This document shows, in pieces, positions 19,181 to 26,834 of a stretch of DNA of 64,000 bases. Within the stretch, counting starts at the first letter, position 1. Each line of letters starts with the position of its first letter. Below the pieces are notes generated by a model that worked only from the letters and a program-made list of their open reading frames with translations, made no database searches and was not told the DNA's origin. Source of the stretch: a virus; IMG/VR virus record IMGVR_UViG_3300046517_002960, positions 126,217-190,216 of that record; one strand, given 5' to 3'. The position numbers and the translations under genes are program-made.

Positions 19181-19501
19181 TCAGTCGGTGGAGAGGATGG
19201 CGCGGGCGACCGGCGCGTTGACGACGCAGTCGTTGCGGCCGTCCGCGTAGACGGTGTAGACGGACATGTACGGACGGCCGTCATCCCCGGTGGCCTGGAT
19301 CTCCCGGCCCAGGTACTCCTGGCGCTCGTTGGCGACCAGCTTGCAGTCGCTGCCGGCCCGGACCAGGGGCGCGCTCAGGTCATGCAGGGAGGGGCAGGGA
19401 TGAAACCGGGCGGAATTCGGCGGCACGGGCCGCGTCCGGTCCTCTTTCCCGCAGGCAGGGCAGAACCAGTCGGTGTACGCGTCAAGCAGCACGGCCGGCA
19501 T
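19181..19501 (-). CDS. Zn-ribbon protein of actinophage structural clusters
   Basis: WFCPACG..RFHPCP..APLVRAG..GRNDCVVNAP. Confidence 0.7.
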   Translation of the reverse strand: MPAVLLDAYTDWFCPACGKEDRTRPVPPNSARFHPCPSLHDLSAPLVRAGSDCKLVANERQEYLGREIQATGDDGRPYMSVYTVYADGRNDCVVNAPVARAILSTD

Positions 19502-19781
19502 CGGCGGGGACTTTCGGGGGAGTAATCCGCCCGGCTCACCCGCTCGCGCTCAGCGCCAGGATGCCTCGGCTGATCTAAGATTACGCTGCGCAGGGGCAGC
19601 GCGCCATGGGCCGCCAGGCGCGGACGGTCCGCAGGCCAGCGACCAGATCTCCTGGGCAGTGGACAGGGGACCACCCGGCTCCGTCCGCGCCCGGCCCATC
19701 ACAGGGCAAACCGGCGGCCTCGATCTGGTACGGCCACGCTACCAGCCGGTTACCCCGCCGTCATCGCCCGCGCTGGATGAA

Positions 19782-20039
19782 TTAAGCCCGGCCGTCGTCT
19801 TCGGCTAGGTACTCCAGGCAGCGCGGGCAGCCGACCTCAGCGCGGTCGCCGGGAATCCGCAGCGCCCGCGCGCCGCAGTAGGTGCGTGCCTGGAACGCGT
19901 TGTCGCCCGGGTGCAGGGAACTGATGCCGAACAGGCGGTGATCCCAGAGCTGGTCAGCCGCGCGGCAGGTAACCAGGGGTGTAATCTCGAACGGCGGCGT
20001 CCACTCGCCCTGGTGATCAAGCAGCCGTGCGGCCGGCAT
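19782..20039 (-). CDS. Hypothetical Cys-rich protein
   Basis: TYCG..CPRC; TAATG coupling. Confidence 0.55.
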   Translation of the reverse strand: MPAARLLDHQGEWTPPFEITPLVTCRAADQLWDHRLFGISSLHPGDNAFQARTYCGARALRIPGDRAEVGCPRCLEYLAEDDGRA

Positions 20040-20353
20040 TAGTCTTCACGCGATAGCGGCAGGAGGCCGGAGCTCCTGACCCCGAAGTCATCCGGCACGG
20101 TGAGCAGGCCGGTCTCCACCAGGTGCAGCACGCCGGCCGAGACCACCCGCCTGACGAACTCCTGCGGCGTCTCGGGCTGCTGCTCGCCGCGCGGCCCGCG
20201 GATGCTAATCGGCGGGCCGCCGCGCAGCGCCTCCATGTCGGCCGCCATTGACGCGAAGTAGATCAGCGCCTGCGCTACGTCGTCCGGTACCTGGCCGCGC
20301 TGGAACTCCGCGGGATCGTGCACCACCCGGGACGGATCCCTGCCCCGCCGCAT
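20039..20353 (-). CDS. Hypothetical protein
   Basis: TGATG coupling, high GC3. Confidence 0.55.
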   Translation of the reverse strand: MRRGRDPSRVVHDPAEFQRGQVPDDVAQALIYFASMAADMEALRGGPPISIRGPRGEQQPETPQEFVRRVVSAGVLHLVETGLLTVPDDFGVRSSGLLPLSRED

Positions 20354-20919
20354 CAGTTCCCGTCCCCGCCGTACGGCTTGATCCAGGACCCGCGGTGCAG
20401 CGAGTCCCAGCTGTCGTTGATGATGATCCAGTCATCCGGCGGTTTCAGCTCCAGGTTCGCGCACATGAACACCGTTCCGGGCGCCATGGCGCCGAGCACC
20501 TTGCGCTCCAGGTCCGCCTCGGCCTGGCGGTCGCGCCGCGGGCGGTTCATCCAGATTGCGGCGTACTTGCCGTAGCCCTCCCAGGCGGCGGCGTCGGCTG
20601 TCTCGATGGGCACCCCATGCCGCGCGCCTATTCGGGCTAGCGCGTCGCTGATCTCGATGCCGTACACATTCAGGCCCAGCGCCCGGGCTAGGATCAGGTT
20701 CCCCCCGGCACCCGCGCCGACCTCGAGCAGCGTGCCCTCATCCGGGATCAGCGCCCATGACTCCAGCAGCAGCGCGCCGAAGTCGAACAGGTTGAACGGC
20801 ATGAACCCGGTGTCCTGCGCGGTCCCCCGGCCCTGCCCGGCCCGGCTCGCCTCCCGGATCACCCCCTGGGCCTGCTCGATCGCCAGCGCGAGCTCGCGGA
20901 AGCGGGTCAGGTCAGTCAA
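20353..20919 (-). CDS. SAM-dependent methyltransferase
   Basis: LLEVGAGAG motif I, YGIEI, ADAA..IWMNRP. Confidence 0.8.
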   Translation of the reverse strand: MTDLTRFRELALAIEQAQGVIREASRAGQGRGTAQDTGFMPFNLFDFGALLLESWALIPDEGTLLEVGAGAGGNLILARALGLNVYGIEISDALARIGARHGVPIETADAAAWEGYGKYAAIWMNRPRRDRQAEADLERKVLGAMAPGTVFMCANLELKPPDDWIIINDSWDSLHRGSWIKPYGGDGN

Positions 20920-20952
20920 CGAAGATCACCTCGCGTGTCTCGCCGTTAGCTG

Positions 20953-21096
20953 TCAGTTGACGCGGGGGTCGCCCGGCGGGTCCCACAGCTCCGGGTCCGG
21001 GCTGTCCGGCAGCTCCTCGCCGGGCCGGGCGCGGTCCCAGTCCGGGTCCGCGCCGCCGCGGGCCTCGGTGGCCGGCCGGCCGGGTACCTCGGTCAC
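20953..21096 (-). CDS. Hypothetical 47-aa acidic Pro-rich peptide
   Basis: GTGA coupling; DPDWD..DPELWDPP. Confidence 0.45.
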   Translation of the reverse strand: MTEVPGRPATEARGGADPDWDRARPGEELPDSPDPELWDPPGDPRVN

Positions 21097-21299
21097 GGGC
21101 GCTCCTGCGGCCCGACGCTGTACTGGTCAGCCAGCTGCCGGCTGTCCGTGCGGACGGAGAAGCCCGGGTCGTCGCCCGGGTACACCGCGGCCATCACCGG
21201 CCCGCGATTCCCGGCGTCCATGCGCAGCTCGTCAGCGGCTTCGGTCATCCGCACGTCCCAGCCGGTCTCGAGCCCGTCGTCCTGGCTGCGCTGTCCCAT
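21093..21299 (-). CDS. Hypothetical protein
   Basis: AGGAG SD before ATG 21299. Confidence 0.5.
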   Translation of the reverse strand: MGQRSQDDGLETGWDVRMTEAADELRMDAGNRGPVMAAVYPGDDPGFSVRTDSRQLADQYSVGPQERP

Positions 21300-21333
21300 A
21301 ATGTCTCTCCTGCCGTATCCTGCCTGGTCTCTC

Positions 21334-21639
21334 CTAGTCAGGTACCCTAGCGACATAATACGGCCGTCCGGCGTTCGCGGCCGAAAACCGCCGGGCCACG
21401 ATCATGTAGATGATGCAGCCCGCGGCCGGGGCCTGCGGGACCTTGCCGAACCGCAGCAGCGCTCCGATCCACGGGCCGCCGCCGTTCCCGGCCAGCACGG
21501 ACTGCACCAGCTCCGGGTTCTTCCCGCCGTATTCCTCCAGCGTCGCGGCGTCGATCCACACCTCGGGGTCGCCGATGCCGCCCGGCGACTCAGCCGGGAT
21601 CCACCACGGCTCGCGCCATCCTCCGGTCACAGGATCCAT
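21334..21639 (-). CDS. Hypothetical protein
   Basis: MDPVTGGWREPWW.. 101 aa, high GC3. Confidence 0.6.
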   Translation of the reverse strand: MDPVTGGWREPWWIPAESPGGIGDPEVWIDAATLEEYGGKNPELVQSVLAGNGGGPWIGALLRFGKVPQAPAAGCIIYMIVARRFSAANAGRPYYVARVPD

Positions 21640-21684
21640 TATCGGGGCTGCGCGGTGCGGCGGCCAGGTCGGACGCGCCGGGTA

Positions 21685-21800
21685 CAGTATGCTGACCGGG
21701 TCCAGTCCGTTACTTACTGTAGCTAGGCGGTAAGCACGTGTATTGCTTCGGTAACTCCAAGGCCTGCTCCACCGGGTTCCCCGGCGAGACCGACATACTG
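21685..21800 (+). ncRNA. Candidate structured RNA
   Basis: Terminal CAGTATG/CATACTG stem; CTTACTG/CGGTAAG hairpin; cUUCGg tetraloop; intergenic and AT-richer. Confidence 0.4.
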
Positions 21801-21872
21801 CCCCAGCCCGGCCCGGCATGGCTGCTGACCGCCGCGGGCGTCCAGGACCGGCCGCCGGGCATGTAACCCGGC

Positions 21873-22919
21873 CTAGCCCATCAGCCAGGACGGGTGCGCC
21901 ATCGTCCAGGCGACCGTGCGGCGCAGCGATTCCTCGAAGGCGACCGGCGGCTTCCAGCCGAGGCCGAGGATCCTGGCCGGGTCCAGCCCGTAGTGCGCGT
22001 CGTGGCCCGGCCTGGTCAGGTGGAAATCCTCCCACCGCCAGCGCAGGTCGCGGCCCGCGAAATGCGCGATCATCGCGGCCAGCTCCAGGTTGTCCACCCG
22101 GTCCGGGGACGCGATGTTGTACCGGTCCGGCCGGTCCGTGTCCGGGTCGTGCGCGGCGTACATCGCCGGCCGGGTGTTCCGCAGCAGCCAGATCACCGCG
22201 TCCGCCAGGTTCCTGGCGTGCAGGTAGTGCCGGGACCCGGCGTGCCCGGGGCTGCCGTGGATGACGGCTTCGGTCCCGGCCAGCACCGCGCGCAGCGTCT
22301 TCGGCACGAACTTGGAGACGTCCTGGCGCTCGCCGATCATGTTCATCGTATTCGTGAGGATGACCGGGACGCTGTACGTTCTCCAGTACGCTATCGAAAT
22401 AGCCTCCTGAGCTGCCTTGGAAGCACTGTACGGGTTCGACGGGAGGACGGGCGCCCACTCGGCGTGCGCCTGGCCGGGCTCCACCGGGCCGTACACCTCG
22501 TCGGTGGAGATGATCACCACGGCCCGCGGCTTCAGCACCCGGGCCAGCTCCAGGGTGTTCAGGATCACCGCGACGTTGTTCTCGGTGAACACGACCGGGG
22601 ACTCGATCGAGTCATCGACGTGGCTCATCGACGCCATCGCCACGATGTAGTCGCACCCGTCCGGCCCGGCGACCAGGTGCTGCTCGGCCGGGCTGAACGG
22701 CGCGGTCAGGTCATGAGTGAGCACCCGCACCCGGTCCCGCCACGGGGGGTCCGAGCTCCAGGCCGGGCCGCCCTTCAGCACCTCGGCGATCCGGTCGCAG
22801 GTGCCGCGGTGCCGGAACGAGCCGGTCGCGACGACATCCCAGCCGGTGGTGATCAGGGCGTGCTCGAGAAAGTGATGACCGACAAAACCAGAGGCCCCTG
22901 TCAGGAGCAGGCGTTTCAT
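21873..22919 (-). CDS. rmlB: dTDP-glucose 4,6-dehydratase (extended SDR)
   Basis: TGASGFVG, SMSHVD, STDEVYG, YSASK, RPGHD..Y. Confidence 0.85.
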   Translation of the reverse strand: MKRLLLTGASGFVGHHFLEHALITTGWDVVATGSFRHRGTCDRIAEVLKGGPAWSSDPPWRDRVRVLTHDLTAPFSPAEQHLVAGPDGCDYIVAMASMSHVDDSIESPVVFTENNVAVILNTLELARVLKPRAVVIISTDEVYGPVEPGQAHAEWAPVLPSNPYSASKAAQEAISIAYWRTYSVPVILTNTMNMIGERQDVSKFVPKTLRAVLAGTEAVIHGSPGHAGSRHYLHARNLADAVIWLLRNTRPAMYAAHDPDTDRPDRYNIASPDRVDNLELAAMIAHFAGRDLRWRWEDFHLTRPGHDAHYGLDPARILGLGWKPPVAFEESLRRTVAWTMAHPSWLMG

Positions 22920-23009
22920 GCTGCACGGCCTCCGCGGCCCGTCAGAGCTGTGCAGCTCCTCCGGCTCGAGACGCCGCGGAGGCCGTGCCTGAGCCTTCAG
23001 GATAACCGG

Positions 23010-23037
23010 TTGACAGCTACGTGCCCAGCTGTAACAT
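23010..23037 (+). promoter_or_regulatory. Housekeeping-sigma promoter driving the RNA island
   Basis: TTGACA-N16-TAACAT, divergent from rmlB. Confidence 0.7.
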
Positions 23038-23043
23038 AGGTGT

Positions 23044-23340
23044 CCGTGCAGGTCAGTAAGCTGAAAAAGCTGATTTGCATACAGCGGAAGACAGTGCTAA
23101 GGTGGGACCATGATGTTCTGGGCAGCGATCAGCAAGCGAGACGGGTTCCGTACCCCGTCCTCGCAGCCCTGCGCTGCCGGGAGGAACCTAGAGGCGGCAG
23201 ACCTGGAGTAGCCAGACCAAGGCACCAGAAGGCCGGCCGCCCAGGGAAACCCCCAGGAGCGGCCTTTCTCATGTGCCCAGGACAATTCCACATAGGGATC
23301 AGCCAGCGGATAGGCAAGTGGTGTTCAAAGCAGGTAAGCT
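23044..23340 (+). ncRNA. Candidate long structured leader RNA
   Basis: Nested helices GCAGGTCAG/CTGATTTGC, GGCAGCG/CGCTGCC, GCGAG-ACGGG/CCCGT-CTCGC, AGGCCG/CGGCCT; no credible ORF. Confidence 0.4.
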
Positions 23341-23346
23341 GAGAAC

Positions 23347-23745
23347 ATGCCGACAAGAGACTGGTGGGCGACCGAGTGGGATCGTTCAGCTTACGACCGG
23401 CAGCGGTACGAAGCAGCGAAACAGCAGCTCATCGCCCTGCTAGGCGGTAAATGTGCTAGATGCGGAACAACTGAAAACCTCCAGTTCGACCACGTAAATC
23501 GTGAACTCAAGGACTTTGCGATTACGGGCCGGTGGAACCGCAGCCAGGCTGAACTGGAAGCGGAACTAGCGAAGTGCCAGCTACTTTGCCAGCCTCACCA
23601 TCTGGAGAAGACCCGGCAAGAGATCGGTAACGAACACGGAGGCGGTAAAACAGGGATCAGGAAGTGCAAATGCGAACTCTGTCGGAACCGCAGAAGCGAA
23701 CACATGATCGAATATCGGCGTGAGCGTAAGAAGCAAACTACATAG
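23347..23745 (+). CDS. HNH homing endonuclease
   Basis: LGGKCARCG..LQFDHV..KCQLLC..HH; lower GC than its surroundings. Confidence 0.9.
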   Translation: MPTRDWWATEWDRSAYDRQRYEAAKQQLIALLGGKCARCGTTENLQFDHVNRELKDFAITGRWNRSQAELEAELAKCQLLCQPHHLEKTRQEIGNEHGGGKTGIRKCKCELCRNRRSEHMIEYRRERKKQTT

Positions 23746-23815
23746 GAGTGACCCACCGGTTCGGGAACCGCTCTCCAAAAGCGGTAAAAACAGCGTTCGA
23801 CTCGCTGCACTCCTG
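23744..23815 (+). tRNA. tRNA-Trp(CCA)
   Basis: AGGAGTG/CACTCCT; CCGCT-CTCCAAA-AGCGG; T-loop TTCGACT; overlaps the HNH stop. Confidence 0.8.
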
Positions 23816-23985
23816 CGACCGTCAGCCAAGGCGAGAGCCGCGGCAGGCGAATGTCACCGACATTTGAGAACTCCATAGCGTGAGCACCACGACGGGGGCG
23901 CCATCCCCCGTCACCTGGTGCGGTCCCCAGGCGCGATCAGCGGGCGAGTCGCCCCCGTGCCATGGCACCGCACCAATCCGTGCTG

Positions 23986-24025
23986 ACCTGGCCGGGCCGG
24001 TTGTTGCTAGACGGCCCGGCCAGGT
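23986..24025. repeat. 14-bp perfect inverted repeat (hairpin)
   Basis: ACCTGGCCGGGCCG..CGGCCCGGCCAGGT. Confidence 0.6.
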
Positions 24026-24040
24026 ACGGCACGATCCGAT

Positions 24041-24113
24041 GGGGCTGTAGCTCAGCTGGGAGAGCGTCTGCGTGGCACGCAGAAGGCCAGGGGTTCAAGT
24101 CCCCTTAGCTCCA
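24041..24113 (+). tRNA. tRNA-Ala(GGC)
   Basis: GGGGCTG/TAGCTCC; canonical arms. Confidence 0.95.
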
Positions 24114-24207
24114 CGCGGAGAGATCAGGGTGCAAGGTAGCGCGCCGTCGATGGAGGGCGGCGATGCTCCTGGGCAGCGGCCTGGCCGCGGACCACCCTTG
24201 CAGGCAC

Positions 24208-24280
24208 GGGGCTAGGGCGCGGCTGGTAGCGCAACTCGTTCGCACTGAGAAGGTGAGGGGTTCGAATCCCCTTAGCTCCA
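24208..24280 (+). tRNA. tRNA-Ala(CGC)
   Basis: GGGGCTA/TAGCTCC; loop TTCGCAC. Confidence 0.85.
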
Positions 24281-24284
24281 CAAT

Positions 24285-24362
24285 CCAGGGAGATCCGGGG
24301 ATCGCGTCCCGGCAGGGGTCCTGGTGCCCCTGTAGCTCAAGTGCAGAGCGCCTGGAGTACAA
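24285..24362 (+). ncRNA. Circularly permuted tRNA-like element 1
   Basis: CCAGG - variable - T-like arm - CAGGGGT - 6-nt linker - GCCCCTG - D arm - CCTGG. Confidence 0.65.
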
Positions 24363-24434
24363 CGGGACCGAGGAAGGCGGAAATCCGCCTCGTTCGGGGC
24401 GAGGAGAAGCCGGGTTCAACTCCCGGGGTCCCGA
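24363..24434 (+). tRNA. tRNA-Pro(CGG)
   Basis: CGGGACC/GGTCCCG; CCTCG-TTCGGGG-CGAGG. Confidence 0.8.
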
Positions 24435-24450
24435 CTATGCTTTCGATTTA

Positions 24451-24525
24451 CGGGCTGTAGCTCAGTTTGGTCAGAGCATCCGGCTGGGGGCCGGGAGGCC
24501 GCCGTTTCAAATACGGCCAGCCCGA
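24451..24525 (+). tRNA. tRNA-Pro(GGG)
   Basis: CGGGCTG/CAGCCCG; loop CTGGGGG. Confidence 0.9.
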
Positions 24526-24526
24526 C

Positions 24527-24599
24527 GAGGAGGAAGACGCGGTTCGAATCCGCCTGGCGGCTGAGAATGCCAACGGTAGCTCAATGGTAGAGCACCCTC
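24527..24599 (+). ncRNA. Circularly permuted tRNA-like element 2
   Basis: T arm GCGG-TTCGAAT-CCGC precedes D arm GCTC-AATGGTA-GAGC; closed by GAGG/CCTC. Confidence 0.55.
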
Positions 24600-24603
24600 C
24601 GTA

Positions 24604-24676
24604 CGGGGCGTAGCGCAGTTGGCCGCGCGCCTGATTTGGGATCAGGAGGACGTCAGTTCGAGCCTGGCCGCCCCGA
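24604..24676 (+). tRNA. tRNA-Pro(TGG)
   Basis: CGGGGCG/CGCCCCG; CCTGA-TTTGGGA-TCAGG. Confidence 0.9.
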
Positions 24677-24684
24677 CTGCACGA

Positions 24685-24759
24685 GGTCACCTAGCTGAGA
24701 CGGATTAGCGGCTGCCTGAAAAGCAGCAGAGGCAGGGTCGCTACCTGCGGTGACCACCA
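24685..24759 (+). tRNA. tRNA-Phe(GAA), atypical T-loop
   Basis: GGTCACC/GGTGACC-A-CCA; GCTGC-CTGAAAA-GCAGC. Confidence 0.85.
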
Positions 24760-24957
24760 TGGCATGACGGCGGATGGGCGCACGGGCAAACCGGGTCAGC
24801 CATCTTCCGCCTGGCCAGGCGAGTAGCGCTCCGCCTGGTAAGCCAGGCTGCTGCAGCGGCCCGGTCTCATGCCGCCCGGAGACGGGCCTGGTCACACCTG
24901 CGGTCAGCCTCGCAAGGGCGCCTGCCGGTCCCTGCTATCAGGTGGTCTCCGGGACTC

Positions 24958-25030
24958 GCGGATGAGTCCCAAACGGAAGGGTGCCGGCCCTCCAAGCCGG
25001 CTGCTGCGGGTTCGAGTCCCGTCATCCGCT
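24958..25030 (+). tRNA. tRNA-Gly(TCC)
   Basis: GCGGATG/CATCCGC; loop CCTCCAA. Confidence 0.85.
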
Positions 25031-25129
25031 CACGTGGGCTGCCACCGCCTCCCTACTAGGCAGCAGCTGGCCCGGCATACGCGGAGTGACCCCAGCCGGG
25101 GAATAACTGGTCACCAGGGGAGGCACCTC

Positions 25130-25201
25130 AGTCCGGTAGCTCAGCGGCAGAGCGGCGGGCTCTTAACCCGCGCGGCCTCGGTTCGATCCCGAGTCGGACT
25201 A
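25130..25201 (+). tRNA. tRNA-Lys(CTT)
   Basis: AGTCCGG/TCGGACT; GCGGG-CTCTTAA-CCCGC. Confidence 0.9.
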
Positions 25202-25389
25202 CGCAATGGGGGGCTTGTACTGCGGTACTGGCCTTAAACGGTGTCCCGGCTCGGCAATACGCGCGTGTTGCCCTGCACCTGGAGCGCCCCGCCGTGCCCT
25301 GTGCAGGGGCACGAGAACCCGCAGGGACCGTGCGTCAGCTGCGGGCGCCAACGGCTGGCTCGCACGGCCGGCCGGCGGCACTGCACGAC

Positions 25390-25477
25390 GGGCGGGTGGC
25401 GCAGCAGGATGACGCACCGGATTCAAGTCCCGGCGTCCGTAAGGACATTGAGGGTTCAACTCCCTCCTCGCCCACCA
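25390..25477 (+). tRNA. tRNA-Leu(CAA)
   Basis: Long variable arm; loop TTCAAGT; encoded CCA. Confidence 0.85.
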
Positions 25478-25502
25478 TTCTCCGGTCAGCCGGAGAATTC
25501 CA

Positions 25503-25577
25503 TGCGGTATGGGGGAACTGGCAGACCCGCCGGGCTCTGAACCCGGAGTTTTCCTGGTTCGAAGCCAGGTACCGCAG
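25503..25577 (+). tRNA. tRNA-Gln(CTG)
   Basis: TGCGGTA/TACCGCA; CCGGG-CTCTGAA-CCCGG. Confidence 0.9.
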
Positions 25578-25579
25578 CT

Positions 25580-25655
25580 GGAGTTGCTGGATAGCGCATG
25601 GGCAAGGCGCTTAGAGCTGGCCAGCTACCCGTTCGATTCGGGAACGGCAACTCCG
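25580..25655 (+). ncRNA. tRNA-like element without a recognisable anticodon loop
   Basis: GGAGTTG/CAACTCC acceptor; CCCG-TTCGATT-CGGG T arm. Confidence 0.45.
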
Positions 25656-25724
25656 CACAAGGTGTCCGGCGATTTCGCGTAGGAGCCGTCCAGCCTTTAA
25701 CTGGATCGGGGCAACGCGAGCAGT

Positions 25725-25799
25725 GCCCCGGTAGCTCAGGTCGGCCAGAGCGACGGCTTCGTAACCCGTGGGTCCCCAGTTCGATTCTGGGTCGGGGCT
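25725..25799 (+). tRNA. tRNA-Thr(CGT)
   Basis: GCCCCGG/TCGGGGC; loop TTCGTAA. Confidence 0.9.
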
Positions 25800-25872
25800 C
25801 TGTGCCGGTGCTGGCCTCAATAAGCCGGGCCTTCGGGTCACGCGCCCAACCGGGCTGGTACCGGCACTTCAC

Positions 25873-25958
25873 GTCCGGGTGATGGAATCGGAAGACGTGC
25901 TAGCTTGAGGAGCTGGTGCCCCGGAAGGGGCGTGCGGGTTCAAGTCCCGCCTCGGACA
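25873..25958 (+). tRNA. tRNA-Leu(GAG)
   Basis: Long variable arm; CTAGC-TTGAGGA-GCTGG. Confidence 0.9.
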
Positions 25959-25960
25959 CA

Positions 25961-26037
25961 GGGGAAGCAGTAGCTTAACGGACAGAGCACGGCTGATCAC
26001 CGACTGGTGAGGGGTTCGAGTCCCTTCCTGCTCCCCC
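25961..26037 (+). tRNA. Atypical tRNA-Ile(GAT): long acceptor, short anticodon stem
   Basis: GGGGAAGCAG/CTGCTCCCC; CGG-CTGATCA-CCG. Confidence 0.6.
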
Positions 26038-26041
26038 GTTC

Positions 26042-26116
26042 GCCGGCCTAGCTCATCGCAGGCAGAGCGTCCGCCTTGTAAGCGGAGGGTGGCCGGTTTG
26101 AGCCCGGCGGCCGGCT
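26042..26116 (+). tRNA. tRNA-Thr(TGT)
   Basis: GCCGGCC/GGCCGGC; TCCGC-CTTGTAA-GCGGA. Confidence 0.9.
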
Positions 26117-26120
26117 CCGG

Positions 26121-26193
26121 TGGGGACTGGGGTAACTGGCAGCCCGCCGGCCTTTGAAGCCGCGTAGTGCCCGTCCGAATCGGGCGTCCCCAG
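26121..26193 (+). tRNA. tRNA-Gln(TTG)
   Basis: TGGGGAC/GTCCCCA; loop CTTTGAA. Confidence 0.85.
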
Positions 26194-26202
26194 CAATAAC
26201 AC

Positions 26203-26276
26203 GCCCCGGTAGCTCAGCCGGTAGATGCGTCGGCATGGTAAGCCGAAGGTCCGCGGTTCAAATCCGCGTCGGGGCT
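26203..26276 (+). tRNA. tRNA-Thr(GGT)
   Basis: GCCCCGG/TCGGGGC; TCGGC-ATGGTAA-GCCGA. Confidence 0.9.
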
Positions 26277-26277
26277 C

Positions 26278-26623
26278 GAGCCGGCCGGACGGCCGCGGTA
26301 CCTGCACGTCAGGTACTGAGGAAAGTCCGGGCTCCAACGGGCAGGACGGTTGTTAACGGCAACCCGGGGCAACCCGCGGGAAAGCGTCACAGAAAGCAGA
26401 CCGCCCCGGCGACGGGGTAAGGGTGAAACGGCGGTGTAAGAGACCACCAGCGGACCGGGTGACCGGCCCGGCTCGGCAAGCCCCGTCCGGAGCAAGATCG
26501 CAAGGCCGAGGGCGGCCCGCCCGCTGACGCCTGGTGGATCGCACGAGCTCGCCGGCGACGGCAGGCCTAGATGGATGGCCGTCCCCCTGCGGCGGGGACA
26601 GAACCCGGCTTACAGGCCGGCTC
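26278..26623 (+). ncRNA. rnpB: RNase P RNA, bacterial type A
   Basis: GAGGAAAGTCCGGGCTCC (CR-I), ACAGAAA, GGGTGAAACGGCGGTGTAAGAGACCACC, ACAGAACCCGGCTTA (CR-V); P1 GAGCCGGCC/GGCCGGCTC. Confidence 0.97.
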
Positions 26624-26689
26624 AATGCCCGCTCCCCGGAGCGGATGTGCGGCGTAAGACCCGGCCGGCCGCGCGGCCCGGGCAGTCAT

Positions 26690-26762
26690 GCGGACGTGGC
26701 GCAGCTGGTAGCGCACGTGCTTGCCAAGCATGAGGTCGCGGGTTCAAATCCCGTCGTCCGCT
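26690..26762 (+). tRNA. tRNA-Gly(GCC)
   Basis: GCGGACG/CGTCCGC; canonical. Confidence 0.95.
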
Positions 26763-26834
26763 CTGAGATCACGCGGGATACTGGAGTGGCCCTGTCTGAA
26801 CCGCATCCGCGAACAGCGATCGCCGTGATCTCGC

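Noticed and set aside
19734-19744. TGG-TAG-CG-TGG on the minus strand, resembling a T4 gene 60 style stop hop into a 50-codon frame
   Set aside because: No start codon or SD for the upstream frame, and the downstream peptide is unrecognisable.
21685-21800. Hammerhead ribozyme reading of the 21.7-kb element
   Set aside because: CUGAnGA, GAAA and the UH cleavage triplet are not properly present.
24778-24792. GCGCACGGGCAAACC resembling the 5' part of a c-di-GMP-I riboswitch
   Set aside because: The downstream GC-AAAG-C and tetraloop-receptor elements are missing, and there is no downstream gene to regulate.
25206-25389. Possible small Cys-rich CDS or TTA-loop suppressor tRNA between tRNA-Lys and tRNA-Leu
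   Set aside because: The ORF runs into tRNA-Leu without a stop, and the hairpin has an 8-nt loop with no tRNA body; unresolved.
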